Origin: Octopus sinensis
Taxonomy: Eukaryota
Reading direction: 5' to 3'
Assembly: GCF_006345805.1 (NCBI RefSeq)
Contig: NC_043010.1
Span: 32,116,001-32,180,000 of the forward strand
Length of the DNA: 64,000 nt
In this document: one piece after another, positions 38,556 to 51,927 of the stretch
How positions within the stretch are numbered: position 1 is the first letter of the stretch
How the letters are laid out: the number at the start of each line of letters is the position of its first letter
Position numbers and translations under genes: made by a program
Notes under the pieces: generated by a model
What the model saw: the letters and a program-made list of their open reading frames with translations, nothing else
The model's database searches: none
What the model was told of the DNA's origin: nothing

Positions 38556-41042
38556 CTATGTAAATAATTGAATGCATCCTCACCTATCTTACTTATCTAA
38601 TTTCACGTCATTGTTATGTTCTAGTTATTTCCCTTAGTTCCTTTTTTGTAATTATGAAAATTAGTTTCGATCAAAATTGTTTGTAATCATTTTCTTCTGG
38701 AGAAAGAATTTTCCACTATTGATTACATGCATATCACTGCACATCATTAAATCAGGAGAATGGAATAATGCATAAATTCCACATGATAAAATGCTAATTT
38801 AAATATAAATTGAAGTTTTATTTTAAATTTTAAGACTTTGAATGATTGACAGATGAAGGATATATTTCAAAGCAATTAACTAAGTCATAGGAGAAGACAC
38901 TCCATACGTGGACATCAACAAGTGAAATTGTATCAACAATAGCAATGAATATATAATTAAACTATGAATGAAGATAAGAATAAATCTGATAAGTAATTCA
39001 AGAGGAAACTTGTCAGAAAGATGAGAGAGGCTTCAACAATAGCCATTGTAAATGGACCATCAGCATATACGTTGGAGTGGGGGAGAGGGCTCTACCGTTT
39101 GATGAAGTAAACTATCTACTCATTGAATTAGTGTTCGATGAAGATGAAGAGGGTGGTGGTAGTGGTGGTGTTGAGGATGGTGATGATGATGATGATGATA
39201 TACTTCAGTGAATAGTTTCCCTTCTGACTTTCTAACCATGAATATCTAAAGTATATGTGCATGTGTGTATATGTGTGTGTGTATGTGTGTGTGTGCGTGT
39301 ATGTGGGTGCGTGCATGTTTGCATATACTCATATACAGATACATATGGATTCAATGCCAATATTTCAGCATAAAAAAAAAAACAGGTACGAAAATGCATA
39401 TGATAATTATCCTGATTGTAATGTATATATCTGTGTGTGTGTGTGTGCATGTATATGTATGTATGTGCATGTACGTGCGTGTGTGTGTGCATATATATGT
39501 ATTATGTGCATGTGTGTTTGTGTATGTCCTTTGAAACGCATGTATGTATTGAATCCTATTTTGTATTTAATCTAATTTTGATTCAACATCTTTTTCTCCT
39601 TCATTTTATCTATAATTGTTTATGGTATTTTTATACCTATAACAATATTTTTCAACTTTGGTGAAATACTGTGCTTGAGGAGACTTGTCAAGCCAAGTGA
39701 AATTGTATTCATGGCTGATGCTGGTGTCATGTAACTGGGACCTGTGTCAGTAGTATGTAAAAAGTATCCATCATACTCCCGGAGTGGTTAGCGTTAGGAA
39801 GGGCATCCAGTCATAGAAACCGTGCCAAATCAGACTGGAATTTAGTGTAGGTCTCTGGTTTACCAGTTTCCAGTTAAACCATCTAATTCAAGCCAGAATG
39901 GAAAGCAGGCACCAAATGATGATAATGATGGTGATGATGATTGCACATACACACACATATTTACATATACAGAGAAGAAAAGAAACACTGATAATATGCA
40001 TTAGGCTGTAGTGATAAGTATGATCAGGAATATAAAATTTGGAATTACCCAATGATTGACAGGAGACAGTGAACCAATGCTTCATTTCTTTTCCATTAAT
40101 TCCAAATGCTACGACCAAATCTGTCATTCAACAAAGCCTAGGCCGGAAGTTAAAGGGTCTACTAACCTAATCACATCGGTGCCAATAATGACTTGGTAGA
40201 ATTAATATATCTTTACTTTGAGAATATAATAATAAGAAATAGTATTGAAGTAAGTGAGAATTCAATAAATTTAATTATTTTATTCACTTATATAGATTTA
40301 GTTAAATGTCTTTAATATGTGCAAAATTATATACATGTATATTTGATTTTACATGTGTGTGTGTGAATACTTATACACACATACATACATGCATACATAC
40401 ATACATACATACATATACGTGTACATGCACACACATACATATGCTACCATCCTCTTAGGTGAATTAGGTTATGTACCGATAGATTTGCACAAAAACCCAG
40501 AAATAGTGAGTTTCATGGAAAAAAAAGAATGAAAGAAATTGATGCAGATTCTCCAAAATCAATCAGTGAATATTTGTAAGACATTCCAAAAATTCGTCAT
40601 CTGAGATTCTCATGTGAGTAGATATACACACTTAAGAGTATGCATTGACAGTTCAACCACTATATCACCTCAACCATATATTTACAAACACTGGGAACTC
40701 TCTTAACTCAAGAAATCTTATTGAACTCTTTCAAGAACTTAAATATAACTCAAAGAAAAATCCTACATAAATATTTATAGTGGATTTCCGCATCAGCTTC
40801 AATGTTTGAGGGTCTAACAGCTAATACTATAGCTGGTAGACTATTCATACAGATAGTTGGTTTTCAGTGGTGAAGGCTTATGTATTACCAGCAGTTTTTG
40901 GAAATGTTAATCACAAAAATTTGGTGCGAATGTTTACCATAGATTCAATGAACAACATACTTCAGGCTTTTCTATTATTAGAGTTCCCTATCCCCTGGGC
41001 TAGATCCCTTTGCTACTGCTTCATCCAACCTACTAAGTTCTA

Positions 41043-41628
41043 TCATCATCATCATCATCATCGTTTAGCATCCGCTTTCCATGCTAGCATGGGTTGGACG
41101 GTTCAACTGGGGTCTGGGAAGTCAGAAGGCTGCGCCAGGCCCAGCCTGAGTCTGGCAGTGTTTCTACAGCTGGATGCCCTTCTTAATGCCAATCACTCCG
41201 TGAGTGTAGTGGGTGCTTTTTACGTGCCACCAGCACAGGGAACAGACGAGTCTGGCAATGGCCACGATCGGATGGTGCTTTTTACATGCTACCAGCATGG
41301 AGGCCACTCGGGGCGGTGCTGGCAATGGCCACGTTCAGATGGTTCTCTTACGTGCCACCGGCACTGGTATCACAGCTACAATTTCCATTGATGTTGATTG
41401 ATTTCGATTTTCACTTGCCTCAACAGGTCTTCACAAGTAGAGTTTTGTGTCCCAAGAAGGAAAGGTATGATTAGTGGACTGGCTACATCCCAGGTAGAGG
41501 CCACTGGTTATGGTCTCACTTGTCCTGCCGGGTCTTCTCATGCACAGCATACTTCCAAAGGTCTCGGTCTCTAGTCATTTCCTCGGTGAGACCTAAAGTT
41601 CAAAGGTCGTGCTTCACCACCTCATCCC

Positions 41629-41630
<2 letters not shown>
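41043..41630 (-). mobile_element. Family D: RTE LINE 3' end, best-preserved copy
   Basis: Reverse complement encodes WDEVVKHDL*TLGLTEEMTRDRDLWKYAVHEKTRQDK*, then a long 3' UTR with AAGGGCATCCAGCTGTAGAAA and a (GAT)n tail. Other D fragments near 28470-28790, 35185-35330, 37060-37170, 39680-39935, 42695-42920. Confidence 0.8.
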
Positions 41631-41674
<44 letters not shown>

Positions 41675-44428
41675 TTGTTATTGGATGGCCATTGACTCTT
41701 CTGAATTCATCGCACTCTGACAGATTTTATTTTTGATCTTATAGGGTGTCCAAAAGCTCACTCTTCTCACCAAGTAGGCTTGGTGGTGTTGTCAACTTAG
41801 TCACCAATGACCTGATGATGCAATACATTCTACTGGGTCACATGTAGTACTCAAGAGCAACCTCACCCTCACCATTTTTGATTTCTACTCATGACATGTA
41901 GCTGGTAAGGTAAACCTGTCAAAACCTGGCAAATATAGGCCTGTTTCTTGATCGGACTCATTACAGGACTTGCAACAGTACTGGGTATAGATCTCTCATT
42001 GCCTGGTGGACCGTGGGAATCAAGTGGAACTGATACTGAGACTAAAGTAACATATTTGATGGTTTATAAGGTGCGTAAGCTTATATGATACCCTCTAAGT
42101 TTGGCAGTCCCTTCTATGGAAAAAAAATTAAAAGTAACTTGTTTTCACCTGATATTCCTTTCCTATCCCATTATCAGATTATTTTAAAGTCTGATATATA
42201 GCTCTTTTGTTACTATATCTCTTTCTAAAATGGAACCACACCTGCTGTATATGGAATCATTCATCCTTTAAAGATTGCTCAACTAATTGCAATAGAGTTT
42301 TATATCATTAAATACCAACTCCTACAAGAAAGCTGTCTATTTTTGCACTGTTATGAAATATTTCATATCTGCAACAGATGCAAAGAAGCAAGTGACAGAG
42401 ACATCAACACCAAATAGTTCCAAAGGGCGTTAATTAATAACAAACAGCTATCCAGCATCTTTTACCAGATATCAACTTCAAAGAATGTTCACACCACCAC
42501 TGACAACAACACTTTATTTGAAAACTGCCACACTTTCTTGATAAAATAACTACTGCAATCTGTCCAGCAAACCATAGGGGAATATTAAATATACAAGCAG
42601 CGCTCACTTGATCTCCCCTGTGAAAATATCTATCTGGAAGTCAGACCATACTCAGCCACAATGCTTGCACATTAACCAACTGAATGGTCAACATCACCAT
42701 CATCGCCCTCACTTAATGTTCATCTCCCATACTGGCATGGGTTCGTTGGTTTGGCAGGAGCTGGTAAGCCAGACAACTGCACCATGTTCTACTGTTTTGG
42801 TATGGTTTTTACAACTGGATGTCCTTCTTGAAGCCAACCACTTTACAGAATGGACTGGATGCTTTTTTATGTGATACCAGCACTGGTGAAGTCATTAAAT
42901 AACTTGCAAGACACAGATCATTTCAGAGTGGTGGGGTATTGGAGGAGATGGCTTTGTGCTAAGTGATGAGAGGTTAGAGTATGACAGAGGGACAGAAACA
43001 TGTATTTTGCTGTAGAGGAGATACATGGCTACTCCAGTCAGAGAGAAAGGGAGAGAATGAGAGAGACAGTGAAGGTGAGAGAGAGAGTAAGAGATGTGCT
43101 AGGAAATACTTTCAAGGTATGGAGAGGAGAAACACTGCTGAGCATGCATGAGTAGGGAGTTCATATGAATATAAAAAAGGTGGGATGGGGAGAAGGGGAT
43201 ATGTCTAGGTATATAGAGGAGAGATGACAAGATAGCAATGATACAGCTTGCAAGGCAGGGTGGACAGGATTGGGTTACAAGAGTGTGGTGGGTTGGGTGA
43301 GATAAGAAAAGTGCATGAAAAAGAAGAAATGTGAGGAAGAGAGATGTAGTTTGGTTTATTGGGGTAGGGTGCATGGAAAACTTTGTTACATATGGGTGGG
43401 ACACACAACACTCCTAGAACTCAGTTTTGCTGAGGTGGGCAGGGCTTCTGAACAACCTTATATCTCCAGACACCTCAGTTCATTGCCATCTTCTCTATGG
43501 ACATCTGTTTATGAGCCTATCTGACATATAATTTGTAGTAAATGCATGATTCTTACATTAGTAGCACCATTCACAAACTGAACATCTGTTTTAAAGAGCA
43601 CCATTTATGCAAATGCTCTCTTAACGAAAACCTCAGGTGAAATTTAAAATTAAAGTATCTGATTTTTTGTCCTAGTTATAAAGTGAAATGTAAGAAATGT
43701 AAGGATTAAAGGAGCTATCCTGATTAACAAACTCAATTTATCTATTACCTACAGACATGAACTGAACTACCACTATGGCTGGCTGATTTAACACAACCTG
43801 TGCACACGTGTCACAACCTTTTCCTCCTCAATGTTAGAAAAATTATTTTGATGGGTGCAAATAAAGCTAACCTGTCCTTCATTTTAAAAATATACCTGAA
43901 ACTAGTAGTAGTGTCAATTTTACTGTTTCTAGCCAGTTGCACATTTTTGCATGTCCAACTGGTCTTTTAGTTTTGATAGTTTTTGTTGTACAAGGTTGTT
44001 ACTGGTGGTGGTAGTAGTGTATGTGCATGTGTGTGTGCACATGCATGTGTGCTTGCACAAGTGGATGTGTGAGTATGTGTGTATGAAGATGTAAGTTTCT
44101 GCTTTTGCATATATGTTTAAGATATTGTGGGTGTATGTGTATGATTATGTATTTGTGCAATTTTGTGAACTAATCTGGGCATTTGTGTATTTATGTATGG
44201 GTATGTGTGTATGTGTGTGAGTGCGTGTGTGTATTTTTATGATTGTAGGTGTATCTATTTTGGCTTAGTTGTGCATAAGAGAGAGAGTGCAGGCATAAAC
44301 CTGTGTATGTGTGTGTACAAAAAGGGGAATGAGAGAGAGAGAATGTATGTATGAAAAGAGTAGAGAGAGAGAGAAAGTGTGTATGTGTTTGTGAAAGGGG
44401 GAAATAAAGAATGTCTGGGAAGATGAGT

Positions 44429-44464
<36 letters not shown>

Positions 44465-44874
44465 TAGTGTGTGTATGTATGTTTTGATTCCAAGAACATT
44501 GTTTTGGTGCGCTTTAATATAATGTTGTAAAAACAGTGGTGTTGTTTTAATGAAGAAGGTGTGTATGGTGGTGGTGATGATAAACATTGGTGGTTGGTAA
44601 GGCTGGCTGGTTGGCTGGCTAGGTAGCTATGGATGGCGGTAGTGGTGGGAGTTTAGGAGATGAAAGAAACAAACAAGAAGCAAGAGAAGAAAGGAAAAAT
44701 AAAACAATGAAAAAATCATTCCTATTTTATTATTGGCTGTAATTTCTAAAAACTTTGTTGTTCTCACTTCCAAATGAGTTGGGATAGAAAGCAGCGGTGG
44801 TGGTGGTCGTGGATGGTGGTTTTGGTGGATGGTGGTGGTGAAGGTGAAAATGTTTCAAAAATGTATGCTTTCCA

Positions 44875-44919
<45 letters not shown>

Positions 44920-45183
44920 TACATACAGGACATACAGACAGACTTATGGATTGATAGTTAGTGAAAAATCAATGGAGAAATGAAGGCTGTATAATAAAAC
45001 AGAAATTTATTTTAGAAATAAATAATTTTTAACTCGAAAAATAATTAAAAATAAAAAACAATAACAACAAAAGTGGAAATAAAATTCTTTAAACAAAAAG
45101 TGAAAAATAACAGAAAAATTACCAGAAAATTCTTTAAAACCTTTGCAATAAAATGTTTAGCTTGCTTTATTGTTCTTTTCCTG

Positions 45184-45221
<38 letters not shown>

Positions 45222-46008
45222 TATATGCATGTCTGTGTATATATTTATGTGTGTGTGTGGATGTATGCACAGTTTTGATGTGTGTGTATATATACACACA
45301 TACACAAAGATATCTGCTCACACACTTTTATGTAGACCCTTACCCATTAACACATACATACACACTCCCACATTCACCAACCCACTTGTGCATACATGCA
45401 CACACACACACACAGCCTGTATAGACTAAACAGTGAAGATAATGAGCTCACTGTAAACTAAATATATAACAGTAGTTCAACTCATTGAAGAGTTGAGTTA
45501 ATTTAAAGATGTATTTTTTTCTCTATTTCTCAAGGAGAAGGTGTGATGATGGTAGTTGAAGCAAGCTGTTGTTGCTGTGTGATGTAGTGGTGGGGATCAT
45601 TTGTCTTTTTCTTTATTTTGGTTTGTTACTTGCTTTGTGCTTCTATTGTCATTAGCTCTTTATGAAATTTGCAACGTTGTTTCAGGGTATACAGACACGT
45701 TTATAGACATGCACATACACACATATACTCATGCATATTTACACACATACACATGTATATAAGTAAATGCAGTTTGGTCAAATGGTTAAAAGATTTTCTT
45801 CATAACCAAGAGGTTTTGATTCAATCCCATTGCTTGATATCATGGACAGTTTTCTTTTGCTATTATCTCAGAAAACCCCTTGCATATGAATGGAATTAGG
45901 TAGATGGAAACTGGAATTCCACTCAATAGGATTTACCTACAGGGCTTGCTTTTAACCTCACAGTCAAAAGTAAGCCACGTAACAATATAATTTTGGAAGG
46001 ACTTACAA

Positions 46009-46221
46009 GGTGGCAAGCTGGCAGAAACATTAGCATGCCTAGCAAAATGTTTAGTGGCATTTCATCTGTCTTCATGTTCTGAGTTCAAATTCTGCTGAGG
46101 TCAACTTTACCTTCCATCTTTTTGGGGGTCAATAAATTAAGTACTAGCTGTGTACTGGGGTCGATGTAATCGACTAGCCCCCTCCTAAAATATTTCAGGC
46201 CTTGTGCCTAGAATAGAAAAG
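46009..46221 (+). mobile_element. SINE family A, alternative-tail subtype
   Basis: Family A head and centre, tail ttcaggccttgtgcctagaatagaaaag; 16-bp TSD aattttggaaggactt (45989-46004 / 46222-46237). Confidence 0.9.
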
Positions 46222-46514
46222 AATTTTGGAAGGACTTCACCTAGGATTATTTTAATGTATTTTTTTTTTGGTGGTGATGGTGGTGGATGCTTTTGTACAA
46301 TTTTTATTTTTACATCTACCAATGACTGAATGTTTTTGCACCTTCATTTCTAAGAGTCCTAGCAATACATTTCCAACCTGTCATATCTGATGATTGTGTA
46401 ATTGTTCTCCTCTTTGATAGATTTATTTAGTAAGAACCCCACCTCCAAGGTAACATCTTGGCCATGTACAGAGCTTAATATAAAATACTGTTTTGAGAAT
46501 ATGTCTATGTATAC

Positions 46515-46546
<32 letters not shown>

Positions 46547-46547
<1 letters not shown>

Positions 46548-47240
46548 CCAATCATACATGTTTTCCTTCCTATCTGTTGTTATTTATCTATCTAACTATT
46601 ATATCTAATTTCTCCTCTATTAACTCTGTCCGACCAAGTCTCGCTCTATCATCTTTTTTCAACCCTCGCGTATTTGTCTATCGATCTCCGCCATCTTTGA
46701 AGCCTGTTCCCTTAATACACTTCCGCCTTGTCCAAAAATTCCTTTCTGGTCAATTTCTTTACTTAGGGCAACAACATGTGCTCTCTCATTCATTCACCTA
46801 GCAGCTATAATCTCGAGCACAGCTAAGTTTGAATGCTTATTTTATTTTTATTTATTTTCACTTCACTTCTCGACCAATCATACATGTTTTCCTTCCTATC
46901 TGTTGTTATTTATCTATCTAACTATTGTATCTAATTTCTCCTCTATTAACTCTGCCCGACCAAGTCTCGCTCTACGCGTATTCGCGGTGCACCCACCCTG
47001 CCCACCCCCACCACCAATACCGGATATCTCTATATTTTTGCTCCATCTATACCGGATGTTGTTTCTCCCACCACCATTATAGGTGTCTACTCTTCGAACC
47101 CCCCTCCTCAATACGCTATTTCACCATGCATTACCCTCTTGATATCCTACGTTCTACTTGCCTAAGAACCTGTCATCATTTCTCTGAACCACCCCTCCCC
47201 ACTGGTGCTCCCCTATATTTCTGCCCCCCCCCCACATAAA
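46547..47240. repeat. Unclassified CpG-rich element with a 102-bp direct repeat, abutting (TA)n
   Basis: 46547-46648 is repeated at 46873-46974 (326-bp period); begins right at the end of a (TA)n run. Confidence 0.6.
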
Positions 47241-47487
47241 AAAAGCACCATCCGAACGTGGCCGATGCCAGACCCCTCTGGCACCTGTGCAGGTGGCACG
47301 TAAAAAACACCCACTACACTCACGGAGTGGTTGGCGTTAGGAAGGGCATCCAGCTGTAGAAACACTGCCAGACTAGACTGGAGCCTGGGGCAGTCCCTAG
47401 CTCCCCAGACCCCGGTCGAAACCGTCCAACCCGTGCTAGCACGGAAAACGGACGTTAAACGATGATGATGATGATGATGATGATGAT
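47240..47487 (+). mobile_element. Family D 3' UTR, young
   Basis: GGTTGGCGTTAGGAAGGGCATCCAGCTGTAGAAAC...GGACGTTAAAC(GAT)n with CpGs intact. Confidence 0.8.
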
Positions 47488-47629
47488 ATATATATACAGA
47501 GAGAGAGAGGGGGGAGAGGGAGAGATAATTATATAGGGTATATATCTCTATGTCTTTTACCTAAAAGGCTTTTTATATGCTGGCCACTAATAAAATTAAT
47601 TAATTTTAATGGTTTTATTCTTTAATTAT

Positions 47630-47651
47630 GTTTATATATGTATATATATAT

Positions 47652-47715
<64 letters not shown>

Positions 47716-47822
47716 ATGTATATATATATGTATATATGTATATATATATATGTATATATATATGTATATATATATATGTATATATGTATATATATATGTA
47801 TATATGTATATATATGTATATA

Positions 47823-47868
<46 letters not shown>

Positions 47869-47920
47869 ATATATAATATATATATTATATATATATGTGT
47901 GTGTATATATATATATATAT
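47630..47920. repeat. Long compound (TA)n/(TATG)n microsatellite
   Basis: About 290 bp almost exclusively T/A dinucleotides. Comparable tracts at 18185-18355 and 24850-24970. Confidence 0.95.
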
Positions 47921-48059
47921 AGATAGGTAGACAGACAGAGAGAGAAAAAGAGAGATGTATTCTTTCTTTCTTTCCCACCATCTTTCCTTCTACCCCATTC
48001 TTTTCCTTTTTTTTTCTTTCCATTCAATGATAAAAGGTAACATCTGAAATACTGAACTC

Positions 48060-48290
48060 TTTCCCTTGCTTTTAAGCGTTAAACTAATAACACCTTTCTT
48101 AAAACTTGTTCTTCGTTTAAGAAACAGATTGGGTTTATTTACATTTGTGAAGAAAAAAAGATACCCTAACCCTAACCCTAACTAACCGTAAAATAGATTG
48201 AAATGCAATAGATCGATACTAGAGTCATAATTATAGGTGACAATTTCATATGACACCGCTAGAAAAAACTGCCGTTCAAACCGAAAAGAT
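48060..48290. repeat. Probable MITE-like repeat containing (CCCTAA)3
   Basis: ccctaaccctaaccctaa at 48164-48181 inside a CpG-containing segment ending ...gttcaaaccgaaaagatccg; no partner TIR found. Confidence 0.35.
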
Positions 48291-49429
48291 CCGGCATTTG
48301 TTGGGTCAGGGATAGTAGAATAAACTTCACTAAAATGCAAAGCAGTGATTGAACTTCAAAACATGTGGTTGCAATGCAAATCTTTTAACCACACCACCAT
48401 ACCTGCACCTGATTATATTATGTGTATGTATGTGTGTGTATGTATGTATGTGTGTGTATGTGTGTGTGTATAGATAGATGTGAGTGAATTTGGTGGACAG
48501 AAACTGAAAGAAGCCTGCTGCATGTATATATATAAGTGTGAGTATGTGTCTTCATGTCTGTGTTTATCCCCCACCACCACTTCACAGCCATTGCTGATAT
48601 GCTTACCTTCCTGTAACTTAGCTGTTTGGCAAAAGTGTCTGATAGAATAAGTACTAGGCTTAATAAAAAATAAGTTCAAGGGTTAATTCATTCAACTAAA
48701 TATTCTTCAAGCTGGTGTCCCAGCATGGCCACAATCAAATAACTGAAACAAGTAAAAGATAAAAGATAGATAGTTAGATAGATATTTTTCTTCATAGTTA
48801 TTCAGATATAATACCTAGAATGTTATAGATATATGAATATTTATTTCTATTTACTATCTTTTAGCTATTCAAAATTACATGGCATCGGTCCCAACAGACC
48901 AACACACCAACAATTCCCCAACCATCATCACAATCATTTTAATTCCCCGCTTTCTCACCCTCACACTATACTACTCACCTCTTTCATCATTAGATGAAAC
49001 ATATTATTGTTCTAATGAAGGTATGTTGTCGGACTAATTATGGAATGAACTGAACCTGGTTGTTAGGTAAAGAATGAAGGGGGAGGGAAAGAGTTAGGGT
49101 GAAATAAAGATATTGAAGTATAAGAAGACTATTATTAATGGGAGGGAGGGAACTTGGTATTGATGATGTTGTTGTTAATGATGGTGGTGGCAATGGTAAC
49201 AGTGATGGTAAAGGTGGTGAAAAGGGTGGAGATGATGGTAGTGAGGATAATGGTGTTGATGGTGGTGTTGATCTTAGTGTTGGTGATGGTGATGATGGTA
49301 GTGATGATAATGGTGGTGTCTTATCGACTGATTGATTCGTGGGTTTTTTTCTTTGATGTAGTTGATTCTATTATTTTTCTTATTTATTTTGTCCCACCTT
49401 CTTTCTTCCTTTTTAGCAAGATTTTTTCA

Positions 49430-49448
49430 TCACATCATCACCATTATC

Positions 49449-49486
<38 letters not shown>

Positions 49487-49541
49487 ATTTATAATAATAA
49501 CAATAATAATATTAATTATAATAATAATAATAATAATAATG

Positions 49542-49581
<40 letters not shown>

Positions 49582-49630
49582 TAATAATAATAATAATAAT
49601 AATTATAATAATAATAATAATAATAATAAG
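49430..49630. repeat. (CAT)n-(AAT)n compound microsatellite
   Basis: Direct reading. Confidence 0.95.
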
Positions 49631-50137
49631 TTCTAATCCAATTGCAGTTTTATCTTCACCTTTCATCTTTTCTGTATCGATAAAAATAAAGTACTTGGGA
49701 TGATATACTTGACTATGCTCTTTCCTCTAAAACATTTATAGCAATGTACCAATGTTACAAATCAACATCATCTTCGTTATCATCATCATCATCATCATGT
49801 TCTATTGAATTATTGGAAATTGTTATGCATTGTACCAACTGTTTTAAAATAGTCAGTTCTGAGTTCTAATCCTGCTCAGGTTCAGTGTATCTTTCTTAAT
49901 ACTTCTTGGGACCTTTTCCATAGAAATGAGTAACAAACATATATCAATGTTAGTCAGTTGATTGTGTCTCTAACAGACATATACCAAACTAGATATGGAT
50001 TTACAACATTGAAATGTCAAGTAATGCTGGGCTGAGTTAACCTGTGAATAAATACATTTAGCTTTCATATGAGGTGAATGCTTTCTACATTGATTTGTAC
50101 ATCTACCTGTATGTAATATATTTCCATGCATACTCTT

Positions 50138-50183
<46 letters not shown>

Positions 50184-50361
50184 ATATCAAAAGCTTCCCT
50201 TTACAAGGCAGATACCACCTTAGGTTACCTTTATACCAACAGATACAAAAGTGTTTTACTTTGCTTGAAGCATTATGGAATATGTAGAGAAAGCAATGTG
50301 AAATACAAAGAGAAAGCTATGATACTGGAAATGTTGTAACAGCAACAAAAATATTGAAATA

Positions 50362-50753
50362 CTAGCAGTATCGCCTGGCGTTGCTTGGGTTTGTTTCGAC
50401 CCTTTAGAATTGGAATTTTTGAAAAGCAAAAATTTTGCATTATGTAGCTTGTTATTCTCTTTACGTGAACAGTTTTCTGGTTGAAATACACCGAAAAATG
50501 GCGACACAGCAGTAAAAAAATTGTAAAAAATAGGGATTTTCGTAGAAAAAAAGCACCTTTTTGATGTAAATAATTTTTGGTGTTGACATTGTCCGATTTG
50601 AAATTTTTCTTCTACGGAAGGAAGAGCAAGCCTTCTTCTATCATACTCTCAATTTTGGTCAACTTGCGCAGCAGGGTCTCGGAGGAGATAGTGTTAGTTG
50701 AAGGCTATCAAACCTGCCATACACAGACAACTTCAGCTTTATATAGAGAGAGA
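50362..50753 (-). mobile_element. Non-autonomous Helitron family N1
   Basis: Reverse complement of 13278-13677 with A|TC start and CCCAAGCAACGCCAGGCGATACTGCTAG|T end. Confidence 0.9.
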
Positions 50754-50789
50754 TTAACTTAGAAATACTTAATTAGTCCTGGTATTTAA

Positions 50790-51002
50790 CCCTTTTAGTA
50801 TTCAGATTATTATGTGAAATGTAATGCTTATTTATTCATATTGTTTTGTATTAAGCATGTATTATTTCATAACTTTGAGATTTTGATGATATGATAGTTT
50901 TACTCTTAGAATGACATTGTAGGGTATGTTGGATTTGGTAAGTTTGAACATAAAACAAGTAGAATATTTTGGCCAGATTTAGCTGGTTTAAATGCTAAAA
51001 GG
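50790..51002. mobile_element. piggyBac-type MITE
   Basis: TTAA on both sides (50786-50789, 51003-51006); termini CCCTTTTAGTATT / AATGCTAAAAGG. Confidence 0.75.
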
Positions 51003-51500
51003 TTAATCTGGGATACCTTTTTCAAAAGTGCTAAGCAAAAATGAGAGAAATACATCAATTAGATTGATATGTATGTATGTATGTGTGCGTGCGTGCGTGC
51101 GTGCGTGTGTGTGTATGTATGAATGAACGAATGAATGGTATTCTAGTCAGACATCATAAAATGAAATAAATGAAACTAACGGCACAGTCTTCAGCTATGT
51201 GATATGCTTTTTCTATTTGTCCAAGCATGCTTCAGAGTGCAACTTAGCCAACCATTCTGACTAAAGAAAACCACGAAAGAGCTAGTCTGAAATGGGACAT
51301 AGAAATGAGGCTTAAATGGGGATTGAAACCAAGTTACATACTCTCTTCTGCTAGAAGCTTTCTTACTTATTTATAGGCATAAGTTATTACTAACTTCTGT
51401 AAGGTTAATCTACGGTAGATAGATAAATAATGGTTTGTACATCATAGCAGTAATAGTAAGAATAAAAATGATGATTAATAATGATAATGATGATTCTTTT

Positions 51501-51563
<63 letters not shown>

Positions 51564-51614
51564 CACCACCACCACAACCACCACCACCACCACCACCACT
51601 ACCACCAATAATAA

Positions 51615-51829
51615 TAATAATCCTTTCTACTATAGGCACAAGGCCTGAAATTTTGGGGAGGGGGCCAGTCGATTAGATCAACCCCAGTATGCAGCTGGTA
51701 CTTAATTTATTGACCCTGAAAGGATGAAAAGCAAAGTCAAACCTGGTGGAATTTGAACTCAGAATGTAAAGACGGACGAAATGCCGCTAAGCATTTTGCC
51801 TGCGCGTTCTAATAATTCTGCCAGCTCGC
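51615..51829 (-). mobile_element. SINE family A, alternative-tail subtype, between triplet microsatellites
   Basis: Reverse complement of head and centre; tail ...gccttgtgcctatagtagaaaggattattatt. Confidence 0.88.
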
Positions 51830-51881
51830 CAACTTACTACTACTACTACTACTAATAATGATGATGATGATAATAATAATA

Positions 51882-51927
<46 letters not shown>

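Noticed and set aside
46785-46830. Possible hammerhead ghost (cattca...tgaatg pairing around ctagcag...acagct)
   Set aside because: Only helix I-like pairing is visible; both conserved core strands are missing.
48164-48181. Telomere or interstitial telomeric site
   Set aside because: Only three CCCTAA units, inside a probable dispersed repeat.
49138-49335. Gly/Asp-rich ORF as a structural protein exon
   Set aside because: Degenerate (GGT/GAT)n low-complexity tract next to other microsatellites, with no splice or homology support.
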